Source of the DNA: the human T2T-CHM13v2.0 reference genome, Homo sapiens
Direction: 5' to 3' (one strand)
NCBI RefSeq assembly: GCF_009914755.1
Contig: NC_060925.1
Length of the DNA: 64,000 nt
The notes under the pieces are model-generated. The model worked only from the letters and a program-made list of their open reading frames with translations. It was not told where the DNA came from and made no database searches. Positions 58,761 through 64,000 of this stretch are shown one piece after another (within the stretch, counting starts at the first letter, position 1; the number at the start of each line of letters is the position of its first letter). The position numbers and the translations under genes are program-made.

Positions 58761-59050
58761 GTAAATGTCTTTCTGCTTTTCATTTTTCCTAGCTAGCATT
58801 AGTCTCTCTCTGTCTCTCTCAGGTGACAGTGTCACTTGCCAATCTCAGTTTTTGTTTTAATTTAAAAAACAATAATTTATAGTAAAAAATTAGCTAATGA
58901 TTTTTTTGCTTTCTGTTCATCCTTTGTTTTGTCATTTTTTGTATTATGTAGAGTATATAAGAGGCATAAATGCAAATTTTATAACTACATATTATCTGTT
59001 TTTTAATATTTAATGGAAAATATATATGATTTGCCACTAGATCAAGAAGT

Positions 59051-59507
59051 ATGGCAGTGACAACTCGTTTGACATGGTTGCACGAAAAGATCCTGCAAAA
59101 TCATTTTGGAGGGAAGCGGCTTAGCCTTCTCTATAAGGGTAGTGTCCATGGATTCCGTAATGGAGTTTTGCTTGACAGATGTTGTAATCAAGGGCCTACT
59201 CTAACAGTGATTTATAGTGAAGATCATATTATTGGAGCATATGCAGAAGAGAGTTACCAGGAAGGAAAGTATGCTTCCATCATCCTTTTTGCACTTCAAG
59301 ATACTAAAATTTCAGAATGGAAACTAGGACTATGTACACCAGAAACACTGTTTTGTTGTGATGTTACAAAATATAACTCCCCAACTAATTTCCAGATAGA
59401 TGGAAGAAATAGAAAAGTGATTATGGACTTAAAGACAATGGAAAATCTTGGACTTGCTCAAAATTGTACTATCTCTATTCAGGATTATGAAGTTTTTCGA
59501 TGCGAAG
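59051..59507 (+). CDS. IFI44: IFI44 exon 2 coding part (TLDc-like domain); exon starts 59041
   Basis: MAVTTRLTWLHEKILQNHFGGKRLSLLYKGSVHG...YEVFRCE; ATG 10 nt after the acceptor as in IFI44L; donor AAG|GTAGGT. Confidence 0.97.
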
Positions 59508-59737
59508 GTAGGTTTAATTAGATAATCCTGTAGAGAGTTCTCCCTTGCATGTTTGGTAGGTTTGAACCAATTCATCTCTTTAAGGAAAAATGAACTTTTC
59601 ACTTGTCAATAATTTGGATGATTCAGACTGAAACCTGGATACAGATTGTTTGCTAAGAGACAACCATGGTCAATAAAATGTATATTTATGATAAGAACCC
59701 TTAACGTAAGATTTATCCTCTTAGCACATTTTAAGTA

Positions 59738-59932
59738 CAGTAAATCTTCTGTTAATGTGGACTATAGGTTCTTGGAAAATGTGACTTAAGTGAAAAAACT
59801 TACAACGAAACCAGTTTATTTCCCTCATCATTATAGAAGAAAGACATTATTCAGGGACATGCTGTATGTTGTTTTGCTTAAAATTACAGTTTCCAAGAAT
59901 CCATGGTGATGTTAAGTGACGACTTACCATGT
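59738..59932. mobile_element. MER6-like TcMar-Tigger MITE
   Basis: Inverted ends CAGTAAATC...GTTCTTGGAAA / TTTCCAAGAA...GTTAAGTGACGACTTAC. Confidence 0.6.
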
Positions 59933-59937
59933 ACCAG

Positions 59938-60447
59938 CAGTGGTCACCAACCTTTTTGGCACCAGGGACCAGTTTCGTGGAAGACAATTTTTCCACAGAC
60001 TGGTGGTGGGGGGATGATTTCAAGCGCATTACATTTATTGTGCACTTTATTTATATTGCTACTATGTTGTAATATACAATGAAATAATTACACAACTCAT
60101 TGTAATGTAGAATCAGCGGGAACCCGGAGCTTGTTTTCCTGCAACTAAACGGTCCCATCTTGGGGTGATGGGAGACAGTGAATCATCAAGCATTAGATTA
60201 TCATAAGGAGCATGCAGCCTAGATCCCTCATGCACAATTCATAATATGGTTTGCGCTCCTATGAGAATCTAATTCCGCCACCGATCTGACAGGAAGCAGA
60301 GTTCAGGCTGTAATATGAGCAATGGGGAGCAGCTGTAAATACAGATGAAGCTTCACTCGCCTGCCTCTCACGTCCTGCTCTGTGGCCTGGATCCGAACTG
60401 GCCACAAAGAGCCACGGCTCCGTGGTCCCGGGAGTTGGGGACCCCTG
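59938..60447 (+). mobile_element. MER1A hAT-Charlie element
   Basis: CAGTGGTCACCAACCTTTTTGGCACCAGGGACC...GGAGTTGGGGACCCCTG. Confidence 0.85.
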
Positions 60448-60950
60448 CCATATGGTATTGTTGCTGTAGGTACTATGCTGTACAGTAGATCTCTGGGACT
60501 TAATTATCTTGCATAAGTAAAACTTTATGCCCTTTGACAAATGTATCCTCCTTTCCTCCTTCCAACAGTCCCTGGCAAACCACCATTCTAACTCTGCTTT
60601 TATGAATTCGACTATTTTAGATTCCTCATATAAGCGGGATTATGTAGTATTTGTCCTTTTGTGTCTGGCTTATTTCACTTAGCATAATATCTAATATTGC
60701 TGTATTAGTAATTTCAAAGATAGAGGCAAGCAGAAACCTAAGAAAAGGCAGAAAGAGTACTTAGATATTCTGTGTGGCTCCCTAAATCTTTCCTTTCCAT
60801 ATTGGACATATGCTTTAAGGGCCAGAAAAATAGGCAGGGGTTTTAAGTGAAGTTTATGGGCCACTTTACATATTGAAAAATTACACACCAGTTTCCACGA
60901 CATTTTCAAGGCAGGCAAGCATGCCCCCTTAATCCATGGAATCTGGATTT

Positions 60951-61234
60951 TTTTTTTTGAGACAGAGTCTCTGTCACCCAGGCTGGAGCGCAGTGGCATG
61001 ATCTCAGCTCACTGCAACTTCCGCCCCGCGGGATCAAGTAATTCTCCTGCCTCAGCCTCCCGAGTAACTGGGATTACAGGCGGACACCACCATCCCCGGC
61101 TAATTTTTTGTATTTTTAATAGAGACAGGGTTTCACCTTGCTGGCCAGGCTGGTCTCGAACTCCTGACCTCGTAATCCGCTTGCCTTGGCCTCCCTAAGT
61201 GCTGGGATAACAGGCGTGAGCCACCGTGCCCGGC
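60951..61234 (-). mobile_element. Alu (CpG-rich, AluS/Y-like) with TSD
   Basis: TSD TGGAATCTRGATTT at 60937 and 61235. Confidence 0.92.
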
Positions 61235-63097
61235 TGGAATCTAGATTTATTTACTAAGTAATGCTTAGCCACAGGTATCCTGTTAAGGACGTTCAAGAGA
61301 TGTGTAGTATTCCGTGTGGGAAATATCATTAGTCTATTTACCAGGACATAAAATTACCAGCGTATTTATTAGAAAATTAGACTCAGTCAGTTGTCTTCCT
61401 TTTTTCCCTGAGAGTGTTCCCTGGTAAAGTGAGTGAATGTATCTGTCTAGCTGCTTTAGCTCCTACCTTCCTAGTGATTCACCCTTATTTTTGTACGTAG
61501 CAATAGTTTGTTCCTTTTCATTCATATAGTATTCCATTGTGGTGCATCCTGCACAGTATTTTATCCAATCATCACTGGTGGACATTTGTTTTCCAGTTTG
61601 GGGCTATTACAAATAATACTGCTATAAATATTATTATTGTACTTATCTTTTGGTTGGTACATATAATTGTTTTTTGAAGAAAATACAATGAAATTGCTGG
61701 ATCATAGGGTATGTATATGTTCATTTTCAGTTGACACTGATGAAATTTCCCAACATAGTTTTATATAAATTTCTAGAACTATAAGTAGTGTACAAAGGTC
61801 TCTGTCACTCCAAATCTTTTTCAGCATTTTGTTTTATTTTTAGATTATGTAACTATTTTGGTATATGAGTGGTGATATGACATTTAGCAAATTTGTCTTT
61901 CTTTGATAAAACAAGATAATTATTTATTTTACATTTTAAAATAATCAATTACTATATTAATTTATCCTTTCTTCACGTTTTAAAATTTGGTTTTATATTT
62001 TATAATTTCTCTTTATATTTGTGTGGTTTGTTTCTTTATTCTTTTTTATTCTATTTTCAATTTTCAATGTTTTCCTTCTTGCCATTAATGAAATGGGATT
62101 TTATCAAAACATTGACATAAAGGTTCATATTGCTATTTCCTATATATTTATAATTGTGGTTTTTATTTCCTTTTGGGTATTAAAGTTATTTAAGACAGTT
62201 CTTTTTAAACTCCCAGGAGGCTGCTTTTCCAATTGTTTGTACTTGCACTTTGCTAGTCTTATTACATTATAGATATTGAGTGAAGTTTTCATAATTTCTA
62301 CTATTGGTAATTTATTGTTTACTTTGTTGCCATACATATAGCCATGTTTATAAATGTTCCACATGATATTCTTCTTTTGTAGTTGAGAGAATTGGTAGCA
62401 TCGCTTATCCTTATCCTTTCTGTTTTAAATTCACCATAAAAATGTCTCTTTCCAAAAAAAAAATTCTGAGCCCGTGCCTTATTGATCTGAATGAAATCCA
62501 CTGCTTACCCCTGAACAATTTACTGTGCTCTGGTTGGGTAGGCATGAGTCTCATCTTCTCTTCTGGGAGCAGGAATAAAATTAAGTGAGCTGGAAGTTCC
62601 TGGAGTTCCAATTGTTAATAGCAGGTTGTAGAGAAAATCTAGTGCCTGTGTTTTCTGTTTTTGTGTCTCTGCACATTATTCCTCTCAGACTTATTGGATT
62701 ATGGAGGGGAAAATGTCTTATTAGACATTCCCACATTTCCACATTAGATATTCCCACATCTCTAGGCCTTGCTTCTTTTATTTAGAAAACACCCACAGCC
62801 TCAATTCCCATGTCGGAGTAAGTTACACACTACTGTTGAGTAATTGAATGAGAAGAGATCTGCTGATAGTACAGAGGGTCTACTTACCTCTAGCCCTAGC
62901 CTCTTCAAATGAGATGATGTTAAAGAGATTTATCAGAATTTGCTCTACAAAATTGCTCCCTTTTCACCATACGGGACCATTCTCATGGAAAGGCTATTTT
63001 TGTATTTGTCCCTAGTGAATTCACTGATATTCATTCATTCATTCAGCCAATTATTCGACAACTTCTAATCTACATTATTCTTTGATTATTTCCCCAG

Positions 63098-63134
63098 ATT
63101 CACTGGATGAAAGAAAGATAAAAGGGGTCATTGA
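63098..63134 (+). CDS. IFI44: IFI44 exon 3 (37 nt)
   Basis: CCCCAG|AT TCA CTG...ATT GA|GTAAGT; DSLDERKIKGVIE; same phases as IFI44L exon 3. Confidence 0.92.
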
Positions 63135-63508
63135 GTAAGTCAATGTTTTTAAGATTCTATTACTCTCTTCATTATCTTTGACTTATTCTATGATAGGTCT
63201 CATCAATATAATTGGCAACACATATTATCACACATAACTTGTGGATCATCAAGAACAAACTGTATTTATAATCATAAAATATTTGATAATATTAATGTTA
63301 AAAAAAAGGACACTGAGTAGAGGAAAGGAATTTTAATGTCATATACTTGAAGAAAAATAATTACTTGTTTGTATGTCTGTGTTTTGCTTAGAATTCTTGC
63401 AGTTAATATTTCAACTACTCTAGAGAGTTGCTGTAGAAGAAGTGGTTGGTGGGTGGAGAAAACCTACCATGAACTTCAAGAACATGTTAGAAATTGTCTA
63501 CTTTCATG

Positions 63509-63574
63509 AACTTCAGAAGTCATATATATTGTGACTTATATATATGTGACACAATATATATGACTTCTGAAGTT
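63509..63574. repeat. Perfect 25-bp inverted repeat with 16-nt spacer
   Basis: AACTTCAGAAGTCATATATATTGTG (63509-63533) and its exact reverse complement (63550-63574). Confidence 0.95.
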
Positions 63575-63868
63575 TAGTCTTAAATAATTGATCTTTATGT
63601 TTAAAACAGCTATTACTTATCTTTAGATTTATATGGTCTAGTAATTTAAATCTGAAAGATTTTATGTCTGGCTTTAGTTGTGTATTATTTTTGCCTTTTG
63701 TTCTTTTTGCAATAGGATTTCAGGTAGGTTCGTCTCATGTCTTTCATGTAAGAAGTCAAGTTGCTAATCAAAAATAATATCTATGAAAAAATGAATTCTC
63801 AGAAAATTTATAATAAGGTTTTGCGACCTAACCTCAGTCAATTGTTAAAAACGGTCATGTCTAAACAG

Positions 63869-64000
63869 GCTCAGGAAGAGCTTACTGTCTGCCTTGAGAA
63901 CTTATGAACCATATGGATCCCTGGTTCAACAAATACGAATTCTGCTGCTGGGTCCAATTGGAGCTGGGAAGTCCAGCTTTTTCAACTCAGTGAGGTCTGT
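63869..64000 (+). CDS. IFI44: IFI44 exon 4 (partial, runs off the window) with P-loop GPIGAGKS
   Basis: ACAG|G CTC AGG AAG...; IRILLLGPIGAGKSSFFNSV; P-loop at 63951-63974. Confidence 0.96.

Overview
This is eukaryotic, repeat-rich DNA recognisable as the human interferon-stimulated IFI44L-IFI44 tandem paralog locus; the chr1p31 position is from recall. Both genes are on the + strand. IFI44L is complete: non-coding exon 1 (~29323-29437), eight coding exons (36773-50664) that splice at GT-AG junctions into a 1359-nt, 452-aa ORF (TLDc-like N-terminus plus P-loop GTPase-type domain), and a ~4.3-kb 3' UTR ending near AATAAA 54974. IFI44 starts ~3.6 kb downstream with an ISRE promoter and exons 1-3; exon 4 is cut by the window end. 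The first ~29 kb and most introns are transposon debris: a full-length dead L1PA, a 5'-inverted L1, Alus, MER51, MLT, THE1C, Tigger3, MADE1, Charlie1 and MER1A. Nearly all other ORFs in the track are repeat-derived or spurious. I see no new gene system. The best second-look items are regulatory: (1) a 91-bp tandem duplication of the IFI44L core promoter whose only two differences both fall in the ISRE; (2) an NFI-like palindrome plus ISRE module shared by both paralog promoters; (3) an L1 target-site duplication that copied the exon-1 splice donor 400 nt downstream; (4) a paralog-conserved intronic block next to a weak exon-2 donor; (5) two long hairpins. Repeat subfamily names come from memory of consensus sequences and need RepeatMasker confirmation.
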